This document shows positions 24,001 to 37,300 of a DNA stretch of 64,000 bases, one piece after another (position 1 is the first letter of the stretch; the number at the start of each line of letters is the position of its first letter). The position numbers and the translations under genes were made by a program. The notes under the pieces are model-generated. The model had not been told where the DNA came from. It saw nothing but the letters and a program-made list of their open reading frames with translations, and did no database searches. This stretch comes from Selaginella moellendorffii (lineage: Eukaryota > Plantae > Lycopodiophyta), in assembly GCF_000143415.4 (NCBI RefSeq), contig NW_003314400.1:186001-250000 (forward strand), given 5' to 3'.

Positions 24001-26295
24001 TCCTCCAAGCCAGGAAACACGTAGCGAGCGCAGGAGTATACAAGTTGTGGCGAGAGGAAGGGAGTTGGGATCACGGAGACCAGCAAGCTCGGCCATCGTG
24101 GGGTGACGACGATCGAATAGTTCCACGCAAGACAAAGGTAGAGCTCGATTGCTGGAACGATTGCTACAGGCTGAGGCAGTGGGCTCTGAGGAACAAGAGC
24201 TCCTCCTCATCTCACTACTCGCTGGTGAGCCAGGAGAGCTACTTGAGATCCAACGCCAAGAAGGAGATGGAATTTTCTATGACAAAAAAGAGTCCTCCAA
24301 GGAGGAGCTCCAAGAACAGGATTTCTTACGAGCCAGAATGTAGCATTATAGAACTTTAAAAACCTTGCAAGAAATCTTGTGAAGATCACAGAAGAAAAAC
24401 ATAGCGAAGAACTTTACATAGAACAAAGTGGTAATTTAGTGAAGAACTTACTAAGATGCGAAGCTCACGGAAGAGAAATACCTACATCCTATTCCAATTC
24501 CTCCCCGAAATTGTTGATCTCGAGCTTTTCTCTTTTCTCGTTTTCGTTCTTTCTCTTCTTTCCTTGTCGAGTATTGTCTCTGTTAGAAAAACGGGCATTG
24601 AATGATCGCAGTATGACATCCTTGTAAATGCTTTTTTTGCTAGAATAGTGTAGCCATCCTGCGCAAATGAGTTGAGAAGTGTTGCTCATGACATGGTGTC
24701 GTCCTCGCAAAGAAGTTTCGTGCTCCATCAAGATCTCTGCACAACGATCGTCGAGCCTGGATTGATCAGTGCGAATCTCGTTCTATCCTATTGAATAGCT
24801 TCTTTGCTTCGAGAAAATCTTCATATGCCGAAATAATCACATTCCACTACACAGTCACTGATCATTCAAGCATCGCTGATCACGGTGACAATGGCATTGA
24901 AGCAAACCACGGAGTTTGATAAAAACAAGCCTCGTTTCCCGTTTTGGATTTCCCATAGGGTGTTTTGGATTTTGCCACGTGTAACTGGCGGGGTTTTAGG
25001 GCTTAGGCGCATTCCCCGGGAATCTCTCGCGCATCTCGGTGGTGCGGGCGGAGGATGATCCCCAGGTGCGGTGTGGTTGGATCTTTTCTCTTTTCTGGAT
25101 TTTCCATGGTAATGTTTGTTCCAGCCGTGTGCCTGTCAGCATAGCATCTTGTCTCAACTTGCCGCTGGTATGTACACAAGTGCTTATGTTACTTTGCCTG
25201 AATTGTCGTATACGTGTGTTGACTGAATGCTTTTTCTTCCAGAACTTGGAGAGCATATATCCCGCTTTTGCGCCCTGACGATGCAAACTCGAGATCTTTG
25301 CCTCAAGCTCAACTGTGGAAATCTGGTGCTGACGCTCCCGCGGCCAAAGCTGCTGTGACTCGGTGGTGCAACACTCATGTTGTTCGCGGCTAGATTGCTC
25401 ACGCTCGTAGTTTGGCGCGTCTCAACACATTCGGCTGTGTGAGGATCAAGGACCACTTGGGCGTCATGCAAGACATCGTTTACGTATGTCACATCCGGCT
25501 GGAGTTCGTATCAGTATGGTCTGGTCAGCATCTTAATCGCCAACGACGACGGATGTGCTTGATGTTTCAAGCTCTGTCACGAGAGAAGAAGGCCTTCCCA
25601 GCCTCCGGCTCCTTCCAATGAATCGTCTCCAAGCGCTGCTGGAGTCGCAGCAAAAGAGGACAAGACATCATGAACCAGTTTTCAATCACAAAGCCAGTAA
25701 TCTTTCTTTCGCTTTGATATTCTTCTACTTGAAAGGCTTTTGGACACAGGAGCGGAGAGGCTTCGACGTCTTCGAGTTTAAGAAGCAGGTTCTTCAAGTT
25801 TAGCTGCGACATGGATGAAGTTTATGAGAGCTGCACGGAATGACAGGACAATATCAGTGGAGCAGGGGGCGGCAAGAAGAAGGAAACGGCGGACCGCCAG
25901 CGAAATCTATCTATGACACGAGCGTAAGAAGTGTGTTAGTCATTGTATTCTAGTTTTTGATTTGATAGAGCTGTGATTTTGCCCAGGCAGCGCCCCCTCC
26001 TCGCGGGACAGGTCCTCCCGTGAGTTTCCTCCACCATCCTTTACAGGACTCGGAGCTCTTTACAGGAGTTCCACAAGGATATTTGCGTACTTAGTGCTTC
26101 TCTCGACGCTCACCGGAATCGATGCTTTATAGCGTGGGAAAAGGGATGAGCGCACAAAGAACAGGACTGTCCCTCCCCGCGAGCTGCTGCCTGAGCAATC
26201 CATTCCCGGAAACTTGACCGAGACGCCATCGTCAACATGAAGCGTGGCTCAAAGCAAAGCTTGCGTTCGTTCCGTGATCAGCTGGAAAAAAACTG

Positions 26296-27060
26296 AGCAT
26301 CAGCACCAGCACCAGCACCAGTAGCACGAACACCAGCACCAGTTCCGACACCAGCAGCACCTCCAGCACCAACAACGACAACACCACCAACCAGGTATGG
26401 CGACAGTTTTTTGATGTCTTCTCAGCCGAATTCTTATTCAGGAAACCAAGGAGGAGCCAGTTCATACACGTCCTTTGAGACTGGGAAGTGGAAATGCTGG
26501 TCAAGGCTATACAGCCGACGAGGTCTGCGCATTTCTTTTTGTTTTCATTTCCAGAAGCTCACCAGCTTTAACTGCAGGTGAAATATTTATTTCTCTTGTT
26601 GTTAGATCTATGCAAGAGAACAGCGCCGCTTGCTCATCCGTTCCCAAAGTTCCCCGTTGGAGCAAGCAACCCGAGCTTTAGACTACATTACATTGATGGA
26701 CAGTTCTCGGAGGTCCCCGAGATTGTCGAAGCTTCTCTTGGCCGACACATGCAGGTACTAGGGGAAGAAAAAAAAAAACAAATGGTTGGTCTCTTACGAG
26801 CTCATGGTTGTTTGCAGAATTTGCCTCGTCCTCGTGGAGCCGATGCTGCGGGATTCCTCATCGCGGAAGAATGGAACAAGAGAATCATGTCCGGTGGACC
26901 TTGGTCCGAGAGACTGGAAAGCCTGGACAAGCACGAAAGGCCCATGGATTTGTGGCCTCGAAAGCGGAGGTTTGCAGAGCGAGACGCTGCTTGCGGTGTG
27001 GAAACCGCGGTTGGCTTGGGAAGCTACGCAGGTTTCATGGGCTCCAGGCGGGACGTAGTG
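26296..27060 (+). pseudogene. MED16: Internally deleted MED16 3' fragment
   Basis: LRLGSGNAGQGYTADEV, YLFLLLLDLCKRTAPLAHP, RLHYIDGQF and WPRKRRFAERDAA. Confidence 0.85.
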
Positions 27061-27188
27061 ATCTTATTAGACTAGAGTTTACTTTTATCCAGATTAAGGT
27101 CAAAATAAAGCATTTGATTAGGTTTGAAAAAAAAAAGGTATATTCTTTTCTTTCCCTGGCTGGGCGGGAAAGCAACGAGAGGAGCGCG

Positions 27189-27494
27189 ATGGTGGAGAAG
27201 GAGAACAAGAAAGAGGGCAAGAGGAGAACGCCGAAGGACGGTCCACAGCAGATCAGCTTCACCAAGGAGAAGCGGCAGTCGCTGATCGGGGGATCCCCCA
27301 AGCCGGTAGAAGAATTTCACTTTCTTTGCGTTGAATCATTGCTTCTTGTTTTCTTCTTCCAGAAGGATGATCCTCCTCCTCCTCCTCCTCCTCCTCCTCA
27401 GCAGCAGCAGCACGATCCAGAGCCGGAGCTGGAGCTGGAGCCGGAGCCAAAGCCGCTGCAGCCGATCAAGTCGAATGCATGCATAATTCTCTAG
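27189..27494 (+). CDS. Putative small CaaX-terminated (CIIL) protein, ~82 aa, one 57-bp intron (27306-27362)
   Basis: MVEKENKKEGKRRTPK..SPKP|KDDP(n)Q(n)HDPEPE..KSNACIIL*. GT..polypyrimidine-CAG intron. May instead be the 3' end of a larger gene. Confidence 0.45.
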   Translation: MVEKENKKEGKRRTPKDGPQQISFTKEKRQSLIGGSPKPVEEFHFLCVESLLLVFFFQKDDPPPPPPPPPQQQQHDPEPELELEPEPKPLQPIKSNACIIL

Positions 27495-27503
27495 CTTGTT
27501 TCA

Positions 27504-28260
27504 TTGGAGGCCGCCGTGAGGCAACGAGCCGGCATCGCGCTGTGCCAATCGGTGAGTTGTTCCTTCTCCCGGACGATCGATTCCAGCGCGGCCTTGCGGC
27601 AGCGAATCGACGATGGGAATGCGGCTCAATCAAGCCCCATGGCGGGAATCGATCATAATCCAGTGCCAGGGCGCGGAAGCGGCGATCGAGGAGCAGGAAA
27701 GATCAAGCTGGAGGAGCTCTCCTTCAAGCCAGGGATCGCGGACAAGCCCTCCGGCAGTGGCGAGGTTTAGGCCACTGGCGATCTCGGCCGAGGCACAGGA
27801 GCTCCTGGACATCCTCGAGACAGAGATGGAGGAGGTGCGCGAGCGCAAGCTCCGCGACTACTGCGGCAAGCTCAGCACGGACATCGTGGTGGATGTGCTC
27901 AACCATGCCAGGGACGTGGAGGCGACGATCCAGTTCTTCGACTGGTGCCACGGCCGCCATGGCTACACGCACACGGCATTTGCCTTTAACCGGCTTCTCG
28001 AGTTCTTGGTGAACAAGCGGCAGTACAAGCGCGCGCACCAGATGCTCATCGCCCACAGCAAGCCGAGCTCGTTCCAGGCGAATGCTGTCACGTACTCGAC
28101 CATCGTCCGCGGCTACTGCGAGGATGGCGAGACGAGGCAGGCAGGCTCTGGCACTCCTGGAACACATGAAGAAGGCGGAAGTTCTAGCCAATACAACATC
28201 ATTCTCACGCGGCTGTGCAAGCATGGGAAGGAGAAGGAGGCTCACTCCCATCAAATAAGT
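27504..28260 (+). pseudogene. P-class PPR N-terminal fragment
   Basis: IVVDVLNH..IQFFDWC..GYTHTAFAFNRLLEFL, NAVTYSTIVRGYCEDG. Frameshifted and truncated. Confidence 0.85.
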
Positions 28261-28894
28261 AGCAGGGATGCAAACCAGTGAGCATCGTGTGAGGAAAGTT
28301 TGCAGTTTCTTCTAACGAAGATTTCTGTCAGGTGTCACTTCAACAAGTTCCGCCAGAATTAAACACGGGAAGAATGACTTGGCAAACAGTGAGCTTCCGT
28401 TTGATTCATTTTGACTGTTTTTGCTAATCTTTCCGTGTTTTGGTCGTGGGAAGTTTCAGCCGTCGAGAAGCTTCGACTATAGCTTCTTTTGCGTTTTTTA
28501 CTACTCTGATGCTATGACAAAGAAGAACTCCGTTTTGCAAGGTCCTAGAATGACATCTGCAACAGATCTCTGGCACTCAGGGATTGATAAATGGCTGCAC
28601 GAGATCATGGTATTGTCCCTTCTCGCCCCTCGATTTCAGCTCACTGGATTTTTTAAATTTTTTTTTCAGGAGCTTTCAGGAATGCTTCCATTTGAGCACT
28701 GACAGCTGCGATCTCGAACAGAGCTTTGCACCAGCAGGATCGGGAAAGGAAGTTGGGTTTCAAACCTTTGAGGATCATGGTCTAGGAGCTGAGACAACAG
28801 CATAAACAAGTAGCTCTGGTGAGTTTCGTTTGAAAAAATTTCCGATATTTCACAGGTATCCAAGCTGGCTTTTTTTTCTCTATTCGTTTTGTTA

Positions 28895-29560
28895 ATCAGG
28901 CTGTATGGAAGGAGTGGGTTTCGTGGTGTGTAGAGTTCGGCGTTGACGCACCCTACGAGATTGGCGGGTCCAGTTCTCCTCGAACGAGATCTGTACTTCC
29001 ACAGGCTGAGGTTTTGCCTTCTCAAACAGAATCACCTCTTGTTTTTCTGATCTCTCATTCCAGGCTAACTTTCGAGACGCTTCGGAAGCTGCGAGGGGGG
29101 CCAAGAGTATGCGCGAAAACGAGTGACGGCCCTCGTTTTCGCGCATTCTCTTGGGAATAATGTGTTCAGATATTTTCTGGAATGGTTGAAACAAGAAGTA
29201 CCGCCCAAACTGTACACCACTTGGATCGACGATCACATTTTCACGTATCATGCTCTAGGTGAGATTGGCGGATTGTGAACTTTCTTAGCAGCAATGCTAT
29301 CTCTTGCAGGTGCTCCTTTTCTAGGAGCTCCAGATGCTCTGAAAGGCGTTCTTTCTGGGGTGACGGTTGGATTAACCAATTTCAGAGGTTCGTTAAAGCT
29401 GTTTTGGGACTTCGCAACGTCATTGACTTTTACTTCGTTTTGATAGGGTGCAGCTCGAATCATGCTTAGAACTTTCAGTTCCGGTTTGTGGATGTTGCCG
29501 TTTTCTGACGACAAATCACTGTCTCAAAGGAATACGACCAAAACGAAAGGCTTAGTTGCT
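28895..29560 (+). pseudogene. PSAT1: PSAT1 fragment, copy 2
   Basis: Reverse complement of 3130-3790. Confidence 0.85.
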
Positions 29561-29804
29561 CCAGACTTCGCTGAGCTTCTCTGGCTCACCAGCGAGTAGT
29601 GAGACGAGGAGGAGCTCTTGTTCCTCAGAGCTCGCTGCCTCAGCTTGTAGTAATCGTCCCAACAATCGAGCTCCACCCTTGTCTTGCGTTCTATCATCAT
29701 CACCGCGCGACAGCCGAGCTTGCTGGTCTCCGTGATCCCAACTCCCTCCCTCTCGCCACAACTTGTGTAGTCCTAAGCTCACTACGTGTTTCCTGGCTTG
29801 GAGG

Positions 29805-30680
29805 ATCATAGCAACGAGGAGCTGGCCCTGCAGCTGTTGCTTCTTCCGCCTTTGCATTCCCCAGCATCGGCGTTTAAGTTGGAGAGGATGAGAGCGACAT
29901 CCCGGATCGAGCTTGCTGTTATTCTTCTTTGCCGCTCGGTCCGCTCGATCCTTCTTGTTGTGCGTCTTGCAAGCCGAAAGCAGCGTCCTCCAGGCCCGGT
30001 TTGGATCAGCTCATCGGCCCTGTTGAGCCGTCCCAGCAAGCCGATCAATCACAGACCTGGTGATCCAGCTCCTGCACCAGCTTGTAGTCCTCGAGCATCA
30101 TATAAAGGTACCACCGCGACTCCGACGAGAACAAGTGGACAAACGTCACGGCCCCCGGGGCTCAAGCCGTTTGCCAGCATCTCCCAGAAGAGCTCCACGG
30201 CTTTCTAGATCGTTGCGCACATATCCAGCGATCATCGCAGTCCACGTGACTTCGTCCTTGAAAACCATGTCCCAGAACAACCTCTCGGCAGTTTCCAGGC
30301 CTCCGTAGCTGGCGTACACGTCGAGCAATGCGGTCGTGAGCACTGCATCGTCTTCCAGGCCACCGCTCTCCAGAAGTTCCTGGTAGAGGAGCTTGCCTTG
30401 CACTGGTGCAGGAATGATCGAGCAGGCAGTGAGAGCACTCGATCTGTGTGCAGCAGGGCGAACACTGGAGGCGGCTGCGAAGGATTGCCGCGAATTTGTG
30501 CTAGATTATTCTCCTGTACGCACCCTTTGAGAAGATACACAGAGGCTCTCGACACTGATGTGTTGACATCCACGGTTCGCGAGAGATCTCCATACCTTCG
30601 CTTCCATCCAGGGCTCCAAGAACTTGGCATTCACAGATGCTGCTGCCGTGTGTCGAATCTGCTGCAAACTCATCTAGCAG
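29805..30680 (-). pseudogene. PLS-PPR fragments (module A plus N-terminal piece), inverted
   Basis: TALLDVYASYGGLETAERLFWDMVFKDEVTWTAMIAGY. Confidence 0.85.
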
Positions 30681-30910
30681 GATCTATGTATCTTATGACC
30701 AAGGAGCAAGCTCTAAACCCCTTGTAAAGTAGCGACAACTTCTCAGTGAATCCAGGTGCCAGGAATTGCTACATTGACCATGTGACGAGGAGAATAGCTT
30801 TGTAGTCAACCCGATCCAGACCACGGCTAAATAAGGATATTCTTAAAGGGATTTCTTTTAAATAGGATCAATATAAAAGGGTTTATTCTGCAAAACATTT
30901 CTAGGGTTAC

Positions 30911-31852
30911 ATGGCAATAGCTTTTGGACAGTTGGTTGGAAAACTTGAGGCTGAAAGGAAGATTGAAGTTATGTGGGATGTTGGTTGTTACTGTAATGCT
31001 ATCTCACGAAAATTAGTGGAAGAACTCAATATCACAGTGGATATAAATTGGCAAGTTAAGGATTTTAAATTTACAATACAGGGTTGTGAATTCAAAGAAA
31101 CTTTCACTGCATTACCACTTGTTTCACATAGCAGCGATATAATGCTGGGTTCACCATGGATACATCAACATTGCCTACAATTAAATTGCAATGATAGTAA
31201 AAGTACAATAACATTTGAGATAGATGGTATTGTATATTGTCTTACTGGTGACAATAACTTATCTCGGTCAAAAAGGTTTAGAAGGATAAATCAACATATA
31301 TGTAATATGTTTTATGATCTGTATTACCCTGGCAGAATCAATGACTACGAAATCAAAATCGTAATAGATAATGGTTGTGACGCATCAGCTATATCACTTG
31401 ATCTTGTCAAGAAACTTGGACTCCCTACAGTTCACAGTCACAAGTATTTTGGAATCAGGCCAATTGCAGCTGATCAATTGGAGGAAGGTTATGGAGTTGA
31501 GAATTTAGCTTATAACTTGGGAAAGTTTTTTGAAAGAAGAACATTTGATGTTCTTAAAGACTCCTCTGATAGTATATTTCTTGGGAAAGATTGGCTTGAC
31601 AAGCACTCAGCAACTATTGACTTTAGAAATCACAATGTTACTTTTAAATGCAGTGAATCAGGTTTGTGGTACAGATTTCAATATCCTCATGGTATTTATG
31701 AAGTGAGTAAAGATAAATTCAAGGAAGAGATGAATAGCTTGTGTTGGTGCTCCAACACTATAGAAGATCAAGCTGCAGTAAAACTTTCTAATCCTTATAC
31801 CTGGAGAATGCCATCTTTTGGAGTCCTCCTGCAATGGTTTAGGTTGAGATGA
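30911..31852 (+). CDS. Tandem retropepsin (Ty3/gypsy-type aspartic protease) double-domain protein, 313 aa, copy 2 (intact)
   Basis: Two units: VMWDVGCYCNAIS..LV..L..DIMLGSPW and IVIDNGCDASAIS..LVKKLGL..SIFLGKDWL..IDF. Intronless and AT-rich; TATA (atataaaa ~30871) upstream and aataaa downstream. Confidence 0.8.
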   Translation: MAIAFGQLVGKLEAERKIEVMWDVGCYCNAISRKLVEELNITVDINWQVKDFKFTIQGCEFKETFTALPLVSHSSDIMLGSPWIHQHCLQLNCNDSKSTITFEIDGIVYCLTGDNNLSRSKRFRRINQHICNMFYDLYYPGRINDYEIKIVIDNGCDASAISLDLVKKLGLPTVHSHKYFGIRPIAADQLEEGYGVENLAYNLGKFFERRTFDVLKDSSDSIFLGKDWLDKHSATIDFRNHNVTFKCSESGLWYRFQYPHGIYEVSKDKFKEEMNSLCWCSNTIEDQAAVKLSNPYTWRMPSFGVLLQWFRLR

Positions 31853-32524
31853 CCAAGGATGACAGACAGATAAACCCTATAATAAAAATAATGTGATATA
31901 TATAAGTCTATAGATTTGCTTAGAGAGAGTGATCTTGGACGCCATCCAAGTCAGGTTGATCTGCCATCAGCAATGGAATCCAACCGCCCGTTTCTACGGC
32001 TCAGGTCAAGTCAAGCGTAGTCAAACTTCTTCAAAGCTCAAGGAAGAAATATAGCTACGTGACACCTGTCATATTCCAATTCCTCCCAGAAATTGTTGAT
32101 CTTGAGCTTTTCGCTTTTTTCGTTTGTTCTTTGTTGAGTAATGTCTTTGTTAAAAAAACGGTCATTGAATCAAAAAGATTGATCGGAGCATCGTCCTCGC
32201 AAAGTGAACTTTCGTGCTCCATCAAGATCTCTGCATCAAAATCAAGAGATGCAGTCTACACCTCATGCACTGGAATACAAAGAGAAAGAGAGTGATGAAA
32301 CGAAAACGAAGAAAAGACCATGTTTGAATACCTTGTGTAGGACGGTCTTCCACGACGAAGTTATCACGTCCCCCCTGGAGCCCATGAAACCTGTGTAGCT
32401 TCCCAAGCCAACCGCGGTTTCCACACCGCAAGCAGCGTCTCGCTCCGCAAACCTCCGCTTTCGAGGCCACTAATCCATGGGCCTTCCGTGCTTGTCCAGG
32501 CTTTCATGATTCTCTTGTTCCATT

Positions 32525-33235
32525 CTTCGTCTCGGCTCACACCCAAGCCGGGGACTGGAGATGACTCTGTCGCTCTTCGCGGGAATGCAGCTGGATGGCG
32601 TCACTGCACACAGATGGAGTGCCTGCTCGAGCATTCCAGCTCCAGTGCAAGGCAAGCTCCTCTACCAGGAACTTCTAAAGAGTGGTGGTCTGGAAGACGA
32701 TGCAGTGCTCACGACCGCCCTGGTCGACATGTACGCCAGCTGCGGAGGCCTGGAAACCGCCGACAGGGACATGGTTTTCAAGGGCGACGTCGCGTGGACT
32801 GCGATGATCGCTGGATATGTGCGCAAAGAAAGCCGTGGAGCTCTTCTGGGAGATGCTGGCACACGGCATGAGCCCCGGGGCCGTGACGTTTGTCCACTTG
32901 TTCTCGGCAGCTTCATGGAGGAGTCGCGGTAGTACCTTTACACGATGCTTGAGGACTACAAGCTGGTGGAGCTGGATCACCAGGTCTGTGATTGATCAGC
33001 TTGCTGGGACGGTTCGACAGGGCCGATGAGCTGCTCCAAACCGGGCCTGGAGGACGCTGCTTTCGGCTTGCAAGACGCACACAACAAACAAGGATCGAGC
33101 GGACCAAGCGGCAAAGAAGAATAACAGCGAGCTCGATCCGGGATGTGCTCCCATCCTCTCCAACTTAAACACCGATGCCGGGGAATGAAAAGGTGGAAGA
33201 AGCAACAGCCGCAGGGCCAGCTCCTCGCTGCTATG
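32525..33235 (+). pseudogene. PLS-PPR fragment (module A')
   Basis: TALVDMYASCGGLETA..DVAWTAMIAGY. Confidence 0.85.
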
Positions 33236-34313
33236 ATCCTCCAAGCCAGGAAACACGTAGCGAGCGCAGGAGTATACAAGTTGTGGCGAGAGGAAGGGAG
33301 TTGGGATCACGGAGACCAGCAAGCTCGGCCATCGTGGGGTGACGACGATCGAATAGTTCCACGCAAGACAAAGGTAGAGCTCGATTGCTGGAACGATTGC
33401 TACAGGCTGAGGCAGTGGGCTCTGAGGAACAAGAGCTCCTCCTCATCTCACTACTCGCTGGTGAGCCAGGAGAGCTACTTGAGATCCAACGCCAAGAAGG
33501 AGATGGAATTTTCTATGACAAAAAAGAGTCCTCCAAGGAGGAGCTCCAAGAACAGGATTTCTTACGAGCCAGAATGTAGCATTATAGAACTTTAAAAACC
33601 TTGCAAGAAATCTTGTGAAGATGACAGAAGAAAAACATAGCGAAGAACTTTACATAGAACAAAGTGGTAATTTAGTGAAGAACTTACTGAGATGCGAAGC
33701 TCACGGAAGAAAACTACCTACATCCTATTCCAATTCCTCCCCGAAATTGTTGATCTCGATCTTTTCTCTTTTCTCGTTTTCGTTCTTTCTCTTCTTTCCT
33801 TGTCGAGTATTGTCTCTGTTAGAAAAACGGTCATTGAATGATCACATCCTTGTAAATGCTTCTTTTGCTAGAATAGTGTAGCCATGCTGCGCAAATGAGT
33901 TGAGAAGTGTTGCTCATGACATGGTGTCGTCCTCGCAAAGAAGTTTCGTGCTCCATCAAGATCTCTGCATAACGATCGTCGAGTCTGGATTGATCAGTGA
34001 GAATCTCGTTCCATCCTATCGAATAGCTTCTTTGCTATCTTCATATGCCGAAATAATCACATTCCACTACACAGTCACTGATCATTCAAGCATCGCTGAT
34101 CACGGTGACAATGGCATTGAAGCAAACCACGGAATTCGATCAAAAACAAGCCTCGTTTCCCGTTTTGGGTCCCGCGCATGGATTTCCCATACATGTCGTC
34201 ATGGGTGTTTTGGATTTTGCCACGTGTAACTGGCGGGGTTTTAGGGCTTAGGCGCATTCCCCGGGAATCTCTCGCGCATCCCTGCGCCTCGGTGGCGCCG
34301 GCGGAGGAGCTAA

Positions 34314-37300
34314 ATGGATGCTGCCCCGGCAGCGGCTCCTCCAGCCACTGGCGACAAGGGCAGCGATGGCGAGGAGGAGAATCCAGCTGCAGCCGATGGC
34401 GATGACGAGAGCAGCACAATCCTCCAGCGGCGGAGGGATTTCAAATCTTTCAGGCAAGAACAGTGCGATCAGTGGCAGGGAATGCGATTGCTGACACGCG
34501 ATGGACGCTTGAAATTTCGCAGCATTGGCGCCGCTTGGTGTGGGAAAACGAACATAATCGCCTGCGCCACGGAGACTTGTGCGAGAGATCCAGGGTATGG
34601 ATGGTTTCTCTCTCGAGATGAAAATTCTGGTTTCCTAGTTCTCGGCAGAAGCCTACGTTCTGGATTCCAGTCCATCTCGTCGATCCTGAGAGGCCCACAG
34701 AGCACGCAATCTTCAACGTGGTTGCTGGTGAGTGAATTTTATTCTTCCAAGAATCTACTTTTTCTCTCTTTTTTTTTCTCTTGTGCTGTGCTCTAGACAC
34801 TCCTTGTGATTCCATCGCCTTCATCGAGTGGTCTCCTCCCAGCTGCGAGCGTGCGCTTTTAGTGGTGAATTCTCGTAACCATCCAAAGTATGTCTTTTTT
34901 TCTCTTTCTTTCCTTCTGTTTATACATTGTTCCTCAGGGCCCCTTGAATGTGGCACGGGCATTTAATTGCTGGAATTGTGAGCACGAATGGAGGCAAGAT
35001 CAAGCAGTTGTCACGAAATGGATCACTCCACAGTATTCGGTGAGCTCAGAGTTATCCTTTCTCGGCTTAGCTTTAAACTATGTTTTCAGTACCAATGGAC
35101 GGAACTTCACCACTGTTTGAGGAAAGATTCCTAGCACGTCAAGCTACAATCTCTGGTGATCAAAGTTTACATTCGAAAGTTCGTCCGTCTCGCGCTAACC
35201 TTCGCTAACTTGCAGCTAAATGGCCGAATTTTCTTTGTGCTTGCATCGTTTTATCGTCGGGTGTGGTGCAACTCCGATGGCGGCGGTCGCCTCTCAAAGA
35301 CTCCTCTACGCCAGTTTGGTACTCGTCAAGCAGAGGTGTTTTAGGAGCTGGGCCGAGTGGAATCTATGCTGCAGATGTTATCGTCAACGACGCTGGCTCC
35401 TTGATAGTTGCAGGAGTGCCTATCGGTAATCCTTCTACAATTGTCATCTGGGAGATCACTCCAGGCGTATTTAATGGTCAGCAGCTGATGAAGCTTGGTG
35501 CGTCGCCTCTACCATTTACTGCTCCTTCATGGCCGGGGATGGCATCGTTGGCAGCGTATCTTCTCAGTTGGCAGGAGCTTCGCGAGAAGGACCTTCCTGA
35601 CAAGGAAGGTCCTTTGCTGCAGTGCTCGCCAATTTCAAACTTGTCCGCCTACGTGAGTCCGGAGGCGTCCACTGGATCGAATGTAGCAGCTTGGGGAACC
35701 GGAGTGGCAGCAGTGGCATTCGATCCGGAAAAGCAAGGGACGGCGCTTCTTGTTGTGATAGTTGAAGGTTTGGTCGTCAATATTATCGTTCTTTGCTCAT
35801 TCTTTTTCTCTCTGTCTCTACAGGACAATATATGTCCCCAAAACATCCTGATGGAGGGCCTTCTATGACCGGATGGAAGTTTCAAAGGTGGGAAAGTTCA
35901 CGGCAACAAGTGGCCATACACTCTGTTTTTGAGGCAGGAGCTGCGAATTACGGTGCTATGTCGCATCCTATGGCTACAACATGGAAAACAGTCGTGAACA
36001 AGAGCTTTCCTCAGACAAAGCTGGCCATGTCGTATAATAAACGAGGGCGGGACGCTTCGAGCAGCATGGATACAGGTGACGCTGCGGCCGAGGAACAGGA
36101 AACAGAGCCTTTACCCGTCGTCAAGTGTATCGCAAAAGTTCGCTTCAGCGGTCACGGGGGAGAAGTTGCGGTGGCACTCTTAGGTGGCGAAGTTCACTTG
36201 TTCTCTGGCCCTGGGCTGGTTCCGGTCGAGAACTTCTGCGTCCAAGTCGGGCTTTTGGTTGCATCTCCAGCTCTATCTGCTTCCGGTTGCTGCCTCTCAT
36301 GTGCCTGGCATGACACAGACTCCGACACCAGCTTCTTGAAGATTGTTCGTGTTCGATCCCTTTCATCATCTGGGCCTACAACTGCGCCCCTGGAACGCCA
36401 GATAGCCGACAGGTAAGTTCCTTCTTTGGGTGAAGTAGATGCTCAACCATTTGATGAAACAGATTTTGGTGGAGCTTGGTAACTCAACTTGATTGGTGGG
36501 ACGCTATTGCGTACTCTCAAAGCGCTGCTGACGAAGGCCTAGGTAGTTTTTCATGTCTCGATCATCTCCCGCGCGTGCTAATTCATGCCTTTTATGTTTG
36601 TCAGTTTCTCTAGGGGCAATTGCAGCGGTTCTAGATTCATTCTTTGCCAAATGCAGGTCATCGTCAGCATTACGGTCTGGATCACATTAAGTGTAGGATG
36701 TTAGAGGGGGCAGATGCTGCTGAAGTAAGAGTACTTGTCCTTGATCAGGCCAGATTTTTCTTGCAAGTCCTAGGCAAAGGCATAGAAGCAGCACTCGTTA
36801 ATCCTTCGACGCTTATTCTCGACCCTTGGCAAGCACCCAGCGAAACTCCGACAGGTCTTGGCGGTGAAGCCATGCTTGTTGATCCAGCTCTCGTTCATCA
36901 AATTCAGGTTCGTTTCGACACTTGCAACAACACTGTCATTGAAACGCTCTCGTGCAGTCTTACGTCGACGTGATTTTGGATCTAGCGTCTCACTTTTTGA
37001 CCCGATTGCGGAGATACGCAAGCTTTTGCCGAACTCTTGCTGCTGTCAAAGCACCAAGCTCAAACGGTCCTCCCGCAGGATCTCAGCCTCCAGCGCCAGC
37101 ACCAGCACCAGCACCAGCACCAGTAGCACCAGCACCAGCACCAGTTCCGACACCAGCAGCACCTCCAGCACCAACAACGACAACACCACCACCGCTGCCG
37201 CCACCAGGTATGGCGAAAGTTTTTTGATATCTTCTCAACCGAATTCTTATTCAGGAAACCAACCTGGTGGCGCCAGCAGCAATGGTGGAAACGCTCAAGT

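Noticed and set aside
25040-26290. Identity of coding-like fragments (also 40180-40800, 41380-41870 and module B 2880-3130)
   Set aside because: Clearly duplicated, but no family recognised.
30878-31878. 9-bp inverted motif agggtttat/ataaaccct flanking the protease ORF as TIRs
   Set aside because: Too short, telo-box-like, no TSD, and homology between copies extends well beyond it.
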